64,000 nucleotides of DNA from the human T2T-CHM13v2.0 reference genome, Homo sapiens: assembly GCF_009914755.1 (NCBI RefSeq), contig NC_060925.1. The stretch is one strand, 5' to 3'. Under the pieces are notes generated by a model. The model saw only the letters and a list, made by a program, of their open reading frames with translations. It ran no database searches and had not been told where the DNA came from. The position numbers and the translations under genes are program-made. Numbering within the stretch: position 1 is the stretch's first letter; the number at the start of each line of letters is the position of its first letter. Below, piece after piece: positions 1-27,850 of this stretch.

Positions 1-485
1 TAATCCATGATCGTGAGTTGCATGATTGTCCTATCTCTTTACCCCCCTTAATTTGGAACAATGTCCTGCAGTCTTCCTTTGTCTTTTATTACCTTGACAT
101 TTTTGTAGGATAGAGGCCAGTTTTGTACACTGTACTTAATTTGGATTTATCTGATGTTTCCTCATGACTAGATTTCATTTGTGCATTTTTGGTAAGAATA
201 CACAGGAGTGGTATTGTGTCTTTCCAGCATCATAAAAGGACATTGATTTTGATTTGTTCTGTGATTTCACTTTGATCTGTTGGTTGAAGTGGTATCTGCC
301 AAGTTTCTCCACTGCAGAGTTATATTTTTTCCCTTTATAATTAATAAGTACCTTTTGAGGAGATACTTCGATCCTTCGACACTATATGAGTAGCCTGTTT
401 TTATCAGCTTCATGAACATTGCTAATGATTCCTCACTGAATCAATTATTATGAAGATTGCTGAATCCTCATATCAGTTATTATGA

Positions 486-838
<353 letters not shown>

Positions 839-924
839 CTAATCCTCTTACTATTGAAATGTATTCTTGCTGGTATAGAACTCTAGATTGGCAGTTATTT
901 CCACACTTTAAAAATGTTATTTCA

Positions 925-1537
<613 letters not shown>

Positions 1538-2474
1538 TTATTTCATTATTTTCTGGCTTCTATTGTCATCTTTCAGTCTTGTTATTGCTCCTTTGAAGAA
1601 GGTGAAACATGTTTTTATCTTCTGGCAGCTTTTAGATTTTTTTCTCAATCTTTGGTGTTTTTTTCAAAAGTAGTTTTCCTATGTGATGTTCCTGAGGTGG
1701 TTTTCTTTGTAGTTATCCTATGTAACATAGAATCTTTGAATATTCGGCCTGATTGCCTTGTTAGTTTTACAAAATTATTAATTATTCTCTCTTTTAATAT
1801 TGTTCTGTCTTGTTCTCATTCTCTTCTTTCCTGGACTCCAGTTGTAATTGTGTTAGACCTTCTTTCCGTGTTCTTTATGTCTTTTGCTCTGTTCTACATT
1901 GTCCATCCGCTTTTCTTTTTCTTTACTGATCTTTCAGTTTACTAACCCTTTCTTCTGCTATATCCAGTTTGCTGTTAAACCTGTCTGTTGAGCTCTTAAT
2001 TTCAATTATTGCATTTTACAGTTACCTTGTTTGCATTTGATTTTTTTTTTTTTTTGAGACAAAGATTTCACTGTCTCACTCTCTTGCCCAGACTGGAGTG
2101 TGGTGGCACAATCAAGGCTCAAGCCATCCTCCTACCTTAGTCTCCCAAGTAACTGGGACTACAGGTGTGAGCAACCACACCTGGCCTGATTTTTCTTTTT
2201 CTTTCTTTTTTTTTTTTTTTTGTAGAGACAGGGCCTTGCCATGTTGCCAAGGCTGGTCTCAAATTCCTGAGCTCAAGTGATGCCACCTGCCTTGGCCTCT
2301 CAAAGTCCTGAGATTATAGGCATGGGCCACTATGCCTAACCTGATGCCTTTTAAGTTTAGTTTTCTAGTAAACTTCTCTGTTTTGTCACCTGTTTCATTG
2401 AATATATTAATTAGTTCTTTTAAAGTCTTTGATAAATTTTAACACTGGGCTATCTATGAGTTTGGGTTTTTTAA

Positions 2475-2747
<273 letters not shown>

Positions 2748-3102
2748 TGATCTGCCCGCCTCGGCCTCCCAAAGTGCTGGGATTACAGGCATGAGCCACT
2801 GCGCCCAGCCTTTTTTTGTATATCTTAAAATATTTTATTGCATGACAGTGAATAATTGAGAAGCTCTGAAAGATACTATTTTCCTCTGAAGTTTACTTTA
2901 TGCTTGTGTAAAGTGGGACTTATGACCTTGATCAATCAGGATTTGGCCTGAGTCAGGTTGCAGGGTTTTAGAAAATAAGTCTGTCTTCCCCTGGTCAATC
3001 CATGTTCCTAGGGTATAGCCCTCTATGGGTCCCAACAAAGAACCTAAAGTTCTTCATGGCTCCTTTTCCTTGGTGGGGTGAACCCTAATTTTTGTTTACT
3101 GC

Positions 3103-3964
3103 TGTTGAACTTTTACAAGCTATTTCATCTCAGTTAGACGCAGAAAGCCTCTCAATGCTGTTTTGATTTGAATTTCTCTTTTGAACTTAAGAGCCATTTT
3201 TATTTCCATATCTACAAATTGACTATTCATGTATTTTACCCTTTCTTAGGATTAGGAGATTAATGTTTTAAAATGGATTTATAATTTTATATTCTCAACT
3301 TTGGATCTTAAGCTCTAGCCTTACTCAATTTAAAAATTGTAACTGAGTGCAATGGCTTGAGCCTGTAATCCCAGCTACTTGGGAGGCTGAGGCAGGAGGA
3401 TTGCTTGAGGCTAGGAGTTTGAGACCAGCCTGGGCGACCTCATTGCTACAAAAAAACACAAAAATTAGATGGGTGTGGTAGCACATGCCTGTAGTCCCAG
3501 CTACTTGGGAGGCTGAGGTGGGAAGATCTCTTAAGCCCAGGAGTTCTGCTTTGTGAACTCCATTTGTTTATTTATTTACATGTCTGTCTATTTACTTACA
3601 TCTCTCTAGTCCATCTGAAGATGGACAAAAGCTCTGCCTCAGCATCTTATAGGGTATTTGCTCACCTTTCTGCAGTTCCCTTCTCACTGAGATCTTGGAC
3701 TCTCAAGTCTTGGTTGCCTTGGCAGCTCCCCAGTACTTTCAATCAGTTTGTTTTTCAGTTGTTCTCAGCAGTATTGTTGAACTTTTACAAGCTATTTCAT
3801 CTTGGTTAGATGCAGAAAGCCTCTCAGTGCTGTTTTGATTTGAATTTCTCTTTTGAACTTAAGAGCCATTTTTATTTCCGTATCTACAAATTGACTATTC
3901 AGGTATTTTACCCTTTCTTGGGATTAGGAGATTAATGTTTTAAAATTGATTTATAATTTTATAT
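3103..3964 (+). repeat. 190-bp dispersed direct repeat (3103-3292 and 3775-3964)
   Basis: Ungapped match at offset 672; 8 mismatches by eye (~96%). Confidence 0.95.
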
Positions 3965-4115
3965 ACTAAGGAAAATAGCCCCATGTCTGGGATTTGTGTT
4001 ACAAATATATGCTATTAGTTTGAAATTTGTCTTGACTTTGTTTATGATGCTTTTGTCCAGGCAGAATTTTTTTATTTATCTATCATTTCTTTTATGACTT
4101 CCTTTTTTTTTTTGA

Positions 4116-4337
<222 letters not shown>

Positions 4338-4552
4338 TGATCTCAAACTCCCGACCTCAGGTGATCCGCCCGCCTCGGCCTCCCAAAGTGCTGGGATTAC
4401 AGACGTGAGCCACCGCTCCTGGCCACCAGTATTATTTTTTAAACCTCAAGTTGTTTTTTTTTAAGTAATCAGCAATTTATTTCAGTGTATAGAGTATAAG
4501 GATTCAAGTTCAGTTTTTTCCAGCTAATAAAATAATCCAGCATCCATTATTG

Positions 4553-4868
4553 CAAGGGTTGACACACTTTTTCTGTAAAGAGCCAGATAGTAAATACTTT
4601 AAGGTTTTGCAATTTGTATGGTCTCTGAACACTACTCATCGCCACTGTGGTAGCACAAAAGCAGCCGTTGACAGTGTATAAACTAATGAGAAATAAAACT
4701 TTATTTATGGACACTGAAATTTGAATTTCATCTAATTTTCATGTATCATTAAATTCTTTTTTTGCCTCCTAACTTTAAAAAAATGTAAAAACCATTCTTA
4801 GCTTGCAGGCCATCCAAAAATAGACAATGGGCTAAATTTGTCTCCCTGGCTGTAGTTTCCCATCTCTG
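4553..4868 (+). mobile_element. MER58B-like hAT-Charlie element
   Basis: tttttctgtaaagagccagatagtaaata, ataaaactttatttatggacactgaaatttgaatttcat, aaccattcttagct and ggctgtagttt match the remembered MER58 consensus. Confidence 0.85.
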
Positions 4869-6231
4869 CAGTTTTTCTCCATTGATTTGCAATGAAGCTT
4901 TATCCTATGTTAACTTCCTGTATATATCTGGACGTACTCTGTTCACTTGAAATGTTTCTTTGTGTCCAATGTCACACTATCTTACATGTTTTATTATCTG
5001 TTAAAATTAATTTTGCCTCAGCATTTTTTCAATTATTTGGAATTTTCTTGGCTATTCTTATTTCTATATAATTTTCAAAATTAGCTTGCCCAGTAAAAAA
5101 TGAAAAATAAAGATTTTTTTTTAGACAGTCTTGCTGTGTCACCCAGATTGGAGGGCAGTGGCATGATCTTGGCTCACTGCACCCTCCACCTCAGGAGACT
5201 GAAGTGGTTCTCCTGCCTCTGCCTCCCAAGTGGCTGGGATTACACGCATGCACCACCACGCCGGGCTAATTTTTGTATTTTTAGTAGAGACGGGGTTTCG
5301 CCATGTTGACCAGGCTGGTCTTGAACTCCTGACCTCAAGTGATCCGCCTGCCTCATCCTCTCAAAGTGCTGACATTACAGGTGTGAGCCACTGTACCTGG
5401 CCTAATTTTCTTATTTTTTGTAGAGACGGGGTCTCACTATGTTGCCCAGGCTGGTCGCAAACTCCTGGGCTCAAGTGATCCTCCTGCCTCAGCATCACGA
5501 AGTATGGGATTACAGGCATGAGCCACTGCACCCAGCCATGTATCTTTTTCGTTACTACTTTGAATGGGATGTATTCTTTCATTATGTCTTTCAGCCAGTT
5601 CTTTAATTTGAAGGCAGTTTTTACATACTGATTTTGAATGTTGACACCTAGCTAGATACTTATATTGTTTATGGTACGTTAATTCATGTCAGTTTTTCCA
5701 GGTGCTATATGTAAATAACACTCTCCCCTCTTCTTTTCCGTTGCTTATATCTATTACTACTTTTCTTGTCCAGTTGCATCAGCAAATACCTCCAGAACAG
5801 TGATAAATAAAACTGATGATTGTGAACGTATGATGTGTTTCTGATTTTAAATAATATGCTTTTATATCTTTTTAATAAAAGATGATGTCAGCTTTGGAGA
5901 ATGACACACATATACACAAGTAGATACTCTTTCCCCCCCCCCCACTCCCACTAACAGATAATCATATTCAGGAAGTATTCTTGTATTCTTATTGTATTAG
6001 AGTTTTTACTAAGAATGGATATCGAATTATATCTAATGTCCTTTATCACTTACAGAAATAATCATATAATTATTGTCTTTTGATCTAATATGATAAAGTA
6101 TATTAATAGATAACAGTGAATCATTATTATATTATTAATATGAATTCCAGCCAGTTGTAGTGTAGTATTTTTTAAATGTGCTAGATTCTTTGTGCCATTA
6201 TTTTATCCAGCAGTTAGCAGAATAGCCGTAA

Positions 6232-6651
<420 letters not shown>

Positions 6652-7863
6652 TAGAGATTGATGGAGATCTAGTTTATTTTAGTAGTATTGGATGCATTAA
6701 ATATAAACAGTGCTAATATTATAAATATCAAATTCTAAGCATTATAGTACTAAAGCAATATTCATGCTTTAGTAAAATCATGAATACTAATTATAATAAA
6801 TGTGAAAAGTATGTAACTATTTTTTACAAGTGAGCCATGAAGTATGTGATAGTTGTGCTTTCTCTTTTGTAAAATTTTTTTTTCATAGAGTTAATGGACT
6901 CTATTTGGGGATGGGGCAGATTGCTTAGCTGTGTACTTATCACTGATTAATCCTCACTCAGCTCAAGCTGTAAAATTCCCCTCGGCACCATCAAAGACAT
7001 CAGGCAACTTACTGTTTTCTTGGTGCCATTTCTGGAGCCCTCTGCCCGCCCTCCCACTGCAGTCTGGACTGCGCTCTCTAGACCTGTTCCCCAGTTGTCA
7101 GCCTTTCCCAATGACTCTGGGAAGACCCTTTTCTCTATCCTGTGGTTGAGTTCCTGTCTTCCAACTTCCATGTGGTCTTTCTTGGATTGCTTCTTTGGGT
7201 TGGTAGAACAGATCCTCCAGTAGCTTCCTGAGAAGGTGTGCATGGGAGGTAAGCAGCTTTTTTAGATCCAGTATCTGAAAACATCTTTAATGTGCCTTCA
7301 TGATTTCATCTTTAGGTTGGCTGGGTTTAGAATTCTAGGTTGGAAATGATTTTTTATTAGAATCTTGAGGACATTTTCCATTGTTTTCTACCTTCCTGTG
7401 TTGCTGCTGAAAAGTCTGAGGTCATTCTGATTCCTGATCCTTTCTATACAAGCTGTTTATTTCCCTCTGAAAGCTTTACCGCTTGTCTTTATTCTACATA
7501 TTCTGAAATTTCACAGTGATGTACATGAGAGGGTCTTTTAATGTGAAATCTTCTTGTATTATTTCTTTAATAATTTCCTCTCCTTTGTGTTGTATATTGT
7601 TTTTTTAGAACCTCGATAGTTGGATGGTAGATGTCCTGGCTTGACCCTCAAGTATTTAAGAAAATATATTTTCTTTCCTATCTTTTATCTTTTTTGCCCT
7701 ACTTTATATGTAATTTCTTCTAATAGTTTGTCTTCTAATAATTTTTTTTTCCAATGTTTTTCCTGGGTATTGAATGATTTTCTGCTCTCAGGTGTTTATG
7801 AGAGTTCTTTCTTTTCTGTGTGTGTTCCCTTTTTTCCCCCACATTCCGTTCTTGTTTCATTGA

Positions 7864-8061
<198 letters not shown>

Positions 8062-8959
8062 TGAGTAGCTGGGACTACAGGTGCACGCCAACACGCCCAG
8101 CTAATTTTTGTATTTTTAGTAGAGATGGGGTTTCACCATGTTGGCCAGGATGGTCTTCGATCTCTTGACCTTGTGATCCGCCCGCCTCAGCCTCTCAAAG
8201 TGCTGGGATTACAGGCATGAGCCACTGCACCTGGCTCTGTTTTTTCATTGTTAAGTTTTCCATTTTCCCTCAAATGTCTGGTGATCTTTGGCTATCCAGT
8301 ATTTATGACAGAGGCCATAAGAAACTGATTGGAGCATCTGTGGGCATGAGTCCTTCCTAACATGTAAGTGTAAGATGACAAAAATCAACCAGAAGTATGT
8401 GTTCAAGCTGCTATGTCTAACTGGAAGTTTCTTTAGAGAAAATGTCAACAGGGTTTGTTTTTTTTTTTTTTTTTTTTGAGATGGTATCTTACTCTGTTGC
8501 CCAGGCTGGAGTGCAGTGGCATGATCACAGCTCACTGCAGTCTTGACCTCCCCAGGCTCAGGTAATCCTCTCACCTTAGCCTCCCAAATAGTTGGAAGTA
8601 CAGGCACACGCCACCACGCCTGGCTAGTTTTTTTTTTTTTTTTTTTTTGTAGAGACGGGATTTTGCCATGTTGCCCAGGTGGGTCTCGAACATCTGGGCT
8701 CAGGCAGTCCTCCCACCTCGGCCTCCCAAAGTGTTAGGATTACAGGTGTGAGCCACTGTGCCCGGCCTTCAACAGTTGTTTTGACATACATAATTTTCAC
8801 TTTGTACACAACTTTAGAATCTAATTTTCAGCTAAGATGTGATTCCATTTTATGTTCCAGATATTAACACCAGTTGCTTCTGGATGGTGGAAATGTGTGT
8901 TACTTTTCACTTCTGGTGCCTTTAAGCTTTTCTGTATTAAAAAAAAATGTGTTTCTAAA

Positions 8960-14527
<5,568 letters not shown>

Positions 14528-14809
14528 TAATTTTTGTATTTTTAGTAGAGGGGGTTTCACCAGGCTGGTCTTTAACCCCTGACCTCAGGTGGTCCACCTG
14601 CCTCAGCCTCCTAAAGCTCTAGGATTACAGGCGTGAGCCACCACACCCAGCCTAATTGCTGTATCTTTATTATCAACTTTAATATGTACAAGAGCAAGGC
14701 TCACTTCATCATTCTTCTCTTTAAAAAACATTCTGAGGCCGAGCGCAGTGGCTCACGCCTGTAATGCCAGCATTTTGGGAGGCAGAGGCAGGTGGATAAC
14801 AGGAGTTCA

Positions 14810-15070
<261 letters not shown>

Positions 15071-15103
15071 TCAGTCATGGTGGAGTAGCTTGTATTAGAA
15101 TAA

Positions 15104-15388
<285 letters not shown>

Positions 15389-15459
15389 TAGTAGAGACGG
15401 TTTCACCGTGTTAGCCAGGATGGTCTTGATCTCCTGACCTGGTGATCTGCTATACCCAG

Positions 15460-18350
<2,891 letters not shown>

Positions 18351-18699
18351 CTGAATGGACTACCGAACATTCCTAGCTGTTCTTTTTTTTTTCAGTGCAT
18401 TATTTTTATTATATTTTTATTCATCAAGTTCATATGCTGCTTATATATGCCAGGCATTGATCTATAAAAGTAGTAGCTTATTTAATCTTTATAACAACTT
18501 TATTCCCATTTTACAGATGAAGGACCTGACTCATAGCTATTAAGTGTCAGAGCCAGGATTAAAACATAAGCCACCTTTTTTTCTAATTTTTGCTTTTAAC
18601 CACTATGTTATGCTTCTAGTGGAGGAAGCAGCTGACACATAAATTAACAAATAAGTGTCCTATTGATATGAGCGACAAAGGAAAAGAACAGTCTTCTCT

Positions 18700-18890
18700 G
18701 TCTCAGGAAGGGTTCAACCAGAGAAGCAGAACCAATGGGAAATAGTATGCTGTTGCCACGTCTGAGGCTGGAGCTTGAAGTCTACATGGCAGGTAGTCAG
18801 AAAAGGAAAATTAAGAGCAGTCTGGAATCCCATGAGGGCAGAATGAAACCTGTTTCCATTCTTGTTGCCTCTGACCTTGGTGTTAAACGA
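18700..18890. mobile_element. MLT2-like (ERVL) LTR fragment
   Basis: agggttcaaccagagaagcagaacca resembles an MLT2 terminus. Confidence 0.45.
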
Positions 18891-20348
18891 GGATCTTTGT
18901 TATCCTTTTTTTTTTTTTTTTTTTGAGACAGAGTCTGGCTCTGTCGCCCAGGCTGGAGTGCAGTGGTGCAATCTCGGCTCACTGCAACCTGTGTCTCCTG
19001 GTTTCAAGCAATTCTCTGTCTCAGCCTCCCGAGTAGTTGGGATTACAGGCGCCCGCCACCATACCCTGCTCATTTTTGTATTTTTAGTAGAGACAGGATT
19101 TCACCATCTTGGCCAGGCTGATCTTGAACTCCTGACCTTATGATCCACCCACCTTGGCCTCCCAAAGTGCTGGGATTACAGGCGTGAGCCACCGTGCCTG
19201 GCTAATCCTTGTTATTCTTATTTGTGCATTCTCCCAGATAAGCTTGAGGAACATCTGAGATAATTTAAAATAATTGGGATTTTTTAATTGAAATTGTGTT
19301 AAACTTATAAAATAATTTATAAGTTTATAATAATTTATATTTTATTTAATTTATAATTTATAAATTTATAATAATTTATAAAATAAAAATAAAATAATTT
19401 GAAAGGCTTTTTCGTTTGTCTCCCTTTATTTCTCTTTGCAACATTTCTTTATACTGATCTAACATTTTGTAAGACTATAGTAATTTTATATTTCTCATGG
19501 CTATTATGAAAGGAATTTCTCTTCATTTTATTTTTTAATTATTGCTGGTACATAGGAGTGCTACTGATTTTTAATTTTATGTACTATATCTTGCCATCCC
19601 ACTTTCTCATGATTAAATTTTATAGGTATATGGTCAATTGATTATTTTGTAAACTTGTCTCTAGTTCATAGACATTTTAATTTTATTTCCTGCTTTATTA
19701 CATAGGATGAAACTCCAAGAATAATGTTAAATGTTAATGATGACAGTGATAATGAGTTTTATGATAAACAGCTTTTTTTTTTTAAGAGGGGAAAAAAGGG
19801 ATTATCATGAAGTACTACAAATATATCTTACAGCTATTGAAAATCTGCAATTCATGAAGCACCAGTGTGCTTTATTCACATTTATTCACACATTGAACAA
19901 TTATTTGGTGAATGACCACTATGGGTTGATCAGTATTTTAGGTTTTGGGGATACAGTAATGAATAAGGCAGAGAATAAAAGTTCAACACCATTAAAATCC
20001 TCAGAAAACCATATAAGATAAAAGAAAGGTTACAAAGCCATCTATGTTTGACAACCAGAGGAGTATTGTCTAGATAGTAATTGCTGTAGAAAAGTACTTC
20101 TACCTAGGGTGATCACAGAGGAGCTTTGGTGATGGAAGAGATAACCCGGAACAACTGACAAGCTCAGAGTAGGGTTGGGAAGAAGCTACTCTGATGGCTG
20201 GAACATCAGGGGTGGAAGACTGATGCCTGACTCTCTCCAGAGTATAAGGCATATCAGGGGCTGATGAATAAACTAGTTTGCTTTATTTAGTACAGGGTGA
20301 ATATATGGTAACAGGCATTTTGTTTTGTTTTGTTTGGTTTGGTTTTGA

Positions 20349-20456
<108 letters not shown>

Positions 20457-20839
20457 TAGCTGGGATTACAGGCGCCTGCCACCACACCTGGCTAATTTCT
20501 ATATTTTTATTAGGGACGGGGGTTTCACCATGTTGGCCAGGCTGGTCTTGAACTCCTTGACCTCAAGTGATCTGTCCCTCCTCGGCCTCCCAAAGTGCTG
20601 GGATTACAGCCATGAGCCACCATACCTGGCCTGGTAACGGTTTTTATACTTACCTCTGGGGATTCTTGGAGATTCTGAGGAGATATTTCAGGGGCAAAGA
20701 GGGAATCAAGAAGGTGGGACTCTGATTTTTCTCCGTACCCCTCCGGACCTCTCAAAACCTGAACATTACTTTTGTCTGTTTTACATATTGGGGTTTCCGT
20801 TTATTTATTCTTTCTACACTTTTTTTTTTTTTGAGATAG

Positions 20840-25470
<4,631 letters not shown>

Positions 25471-25498
25471 ACACACATATGTATACACACATGTGCTT

Positions 25499-25532
<34 letters not shown>

Positions 25533-26038
25533 GATGGAGTCTTGGCCAGGCACAGTGGCTCATGCCTGCAATCCTAGCACTTTGGGAGGCCGAGCGAGTA
25601 GATCACGAGGTCAGGAGTTCAAGACCAGCCTGGCCAAGATAGTGAAACCCCATCTCTACTAAAAATACGAAAAAATTAGCTGGGCGTGGTGGTGCCTGTA
25701 ATCCCAGCTACTCGGGAGGCTGAGGTAGAGAATTGCTTGAACCCAGGAGGCTAAGGTTGCAGTGAGCCGAGATTGCACCACAGCGCTCCAGCCTGGGTGA
25801 CAGAGCGAGACTCCGTCTCAAAAAAAAAAAGACATGGAGTCTCACTATGTTGCCTAGATTTGAAATCCTGGACTCAAGCAATCCTCTTGCCTCATCCTCC
25901 CAAGCAGCTGGGATTATAGGTGTCCACCACTGTGCCCAGCTACATGTATGCTTTTTATATAAGAAGCTTTAGCAATAGTTGCCCCTGGAGGATGTAACAG
26001 GGTGGCAGGAGTGGGAAGGAGACTGATTTTTCACGATA

Positions 26039-26637
26039 AAGTGGACCCCCTTTATCCATAGTTCTGCCTCTTATGCTTTCAGGTACCCGAGGCCAACCAA
26101 AGTCCAAAAATGTTTAAATGGAAAATTCCAGAAATAAATGATTCATAAGTTTTAAATTGTGTGCCATTCTGAGTAGCTTGATGAAACCTCCTGCTGTCCT
26201 ACCTGAGATGTGGATCATCCCTTTGTCCAGCTTATCCATGCTGTGGACGCCTCCACCTGGCAGTCACTTAGTAGCCCTCATGGTGATCAGATCGATGGTC
26301 ATGGTATCCAAGTGCTTGTGTTCAAGTAAGCTCTATGTTACTTAATAATGACCCCACGTGCAAGAGTAGTGATGCTGGCAATTCAGATATGTCAAAGAGA
26401 AGCCGTAAAGTGCTTCCTTTAAGTGAAACAGAGAATGCTCTTGACTTAATAAGGAAAGAAAAAAAATCATATGCTGAGGTTGCTAAAATCTATTGTAAGA
26501 ACAAATCTATCCATGAAATTGTGAAAGAGGAAAAAAAATTTGTGCATAGAATGTACAGAATTTTGTATTATCTGTGGTTTCAGGCATTCGCTGAGTGTCT
26601 TGGAATGAATCCCCCCACAGATAAGGGTGGGCTACTG
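26039..26637 (+). mobile_element. MER44-family (Tigger7-derived) DNA transposon with a transposase N-terminal remnant
   Basis: TA-flanked inverted ends (agtggaccccctttatcc ... gataagggtgggctactg). ORF 26335..26658 contains MSKRSRKVLPLSE...LDLIRKEKKSYAEVAKIY, a CENP-B/Tigger-type HTH. Confidence 0.88.
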
Positions 26638-27065
26638 TATACCCTTTTATATCTTTAGAATTTTATACAGTGCAAATATTTTTTAAACATTAATTTTAAA
26701 AATAATTGTTAAAAGTCCCTTAGAAAGATGTTCTCTCAGTAAGTTCAGTAGAGCCCACATTTTCCGTCACACTGAAACAGATCTTTGGTTTAATACCAGA
26801 CGACATAGTCTGCATTGCATGTGAGTGCCAAGCTGTGTGGGGGAAAATAGCCTGTGACATGGTGCTCAGATTGCAAGGGTATATGGGAATGAGGTGATGA
26901 GGGCACAGCGGGTTCAAACATCCGGTCTTGTGCTCACTGGAAGATGCAACACTTGTGGAGTGAAATGGTGAGCCCATCCCCACCCCAACCGGGTGTAGTG
27001 TAATTTCCCTCTCTCTCCCCTTCTGAGCAAGTGTAAGTTGAATTCAGAGTGTAAGTTGAATTCAA

Positions 27066-27308
27066 GTCTCAAACCTCCTGGGCTCAAGCAATCCCCACCT
27101 CAGCCTCCCAAGTAGCTGGCACTACAGGTGTGCACCACCATGCCCAGCTAATTTTTGTAGTTTTGTTTGTTTGTTTGTTTGTTTGTTTGTAGAGATGGGG
27201 GTCTCACTATGTTGCCCAGGCTGGTCTCAAACTCCTGGGCTCAAGCAGTCTGCCCGCCTTGGCCTCCCAAAGTGTTGGAATTACAGGCATGAGCCACTGA
27301 GCCTGGCT
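27066..27308 (-). mobile_element. AluJ-like, tail-less; last Alu before the Alu-free zone
   Basis: Begins abruptly at gtctcaaacctcctgggctcaagc with no poly-T. Confidence 0.88.
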
Positions 27309-27624
27309 TTCTACATAAGTCTTTTACTACATTATTTTATTATTTCTTAGAAGCAAAATGATTGAGTCAAAGGTATGAACATTTTTAAAACTCTTGCGAT
27401 AGAGTGCTGAAGTGACTTCCAAAGTTTCTCAGTTTGCTCTTCCACAGCACCCTCACTGGCATTGGGCATCCTCTTGTTTAAAAGCAGTTTTTAATTTGAA
27501 AAACTCCAGTCTTAATAACTTTGCCAATACATCTGAATGATAGGCTGGAAGTCAGAGATGTCAGTGTTACCTTTCAGCTTGAATGGGATTTGGAATATTC
27601 CACCCCCGCCCCATGCTGTATAGA

Positions 27625-27782
27625 GAGTAGTGCTGAGGAGCCTGGGCCTGGGGTCCGAGCCTGGCCCTCCACCCTGCAGCAGTGAGATCTCAGATAGGCC
27701 GGTTCATGTCTGTGAGCCTCAGGCTCTTCCCCTGTAAACGGGGAGAATCAAGTGTCTACTTCTGGCACTGCTCGGAGGTGCC
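27625..27782 (+). mobile_element. MIR (others at ~18440-18610, ~28900-29040, ~34150-34320, ~56380-56570, ~62600-62760)
   Basis: MIR core variants: tctgtgagcctcaggctcttcccctgtaaacgggg; gggcctcaggtttcttatctgttaaatgaggg; ggcaagttacttaacctctctgagtcttagtctcctcatctgtaaaatgg. Confidence 0.75.
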
Positions 27783-27850
27783 ACAAAACCGTGAGCCTGC
27801 AAACAGAACCGTGAGCCTGCAAACAAAACCGTGAGCCTGCAAACCGTGAG
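27783..27850 (+). repeat. 20-bp minisatellite, ~3.3 copies (ACA(A/G)AACCGTGAGCCTGCAA)
   Basis: aaccgtgagcctgcaaac occurs three times at 20-nt period, then a partial copy. Confidence 0.95.

Noticed and set aside
27783-27850. Regularly spaced repeats as a CRISPR array
   Set aside because: Head-to-tail units with no unique spacers, in human intronic DNA.
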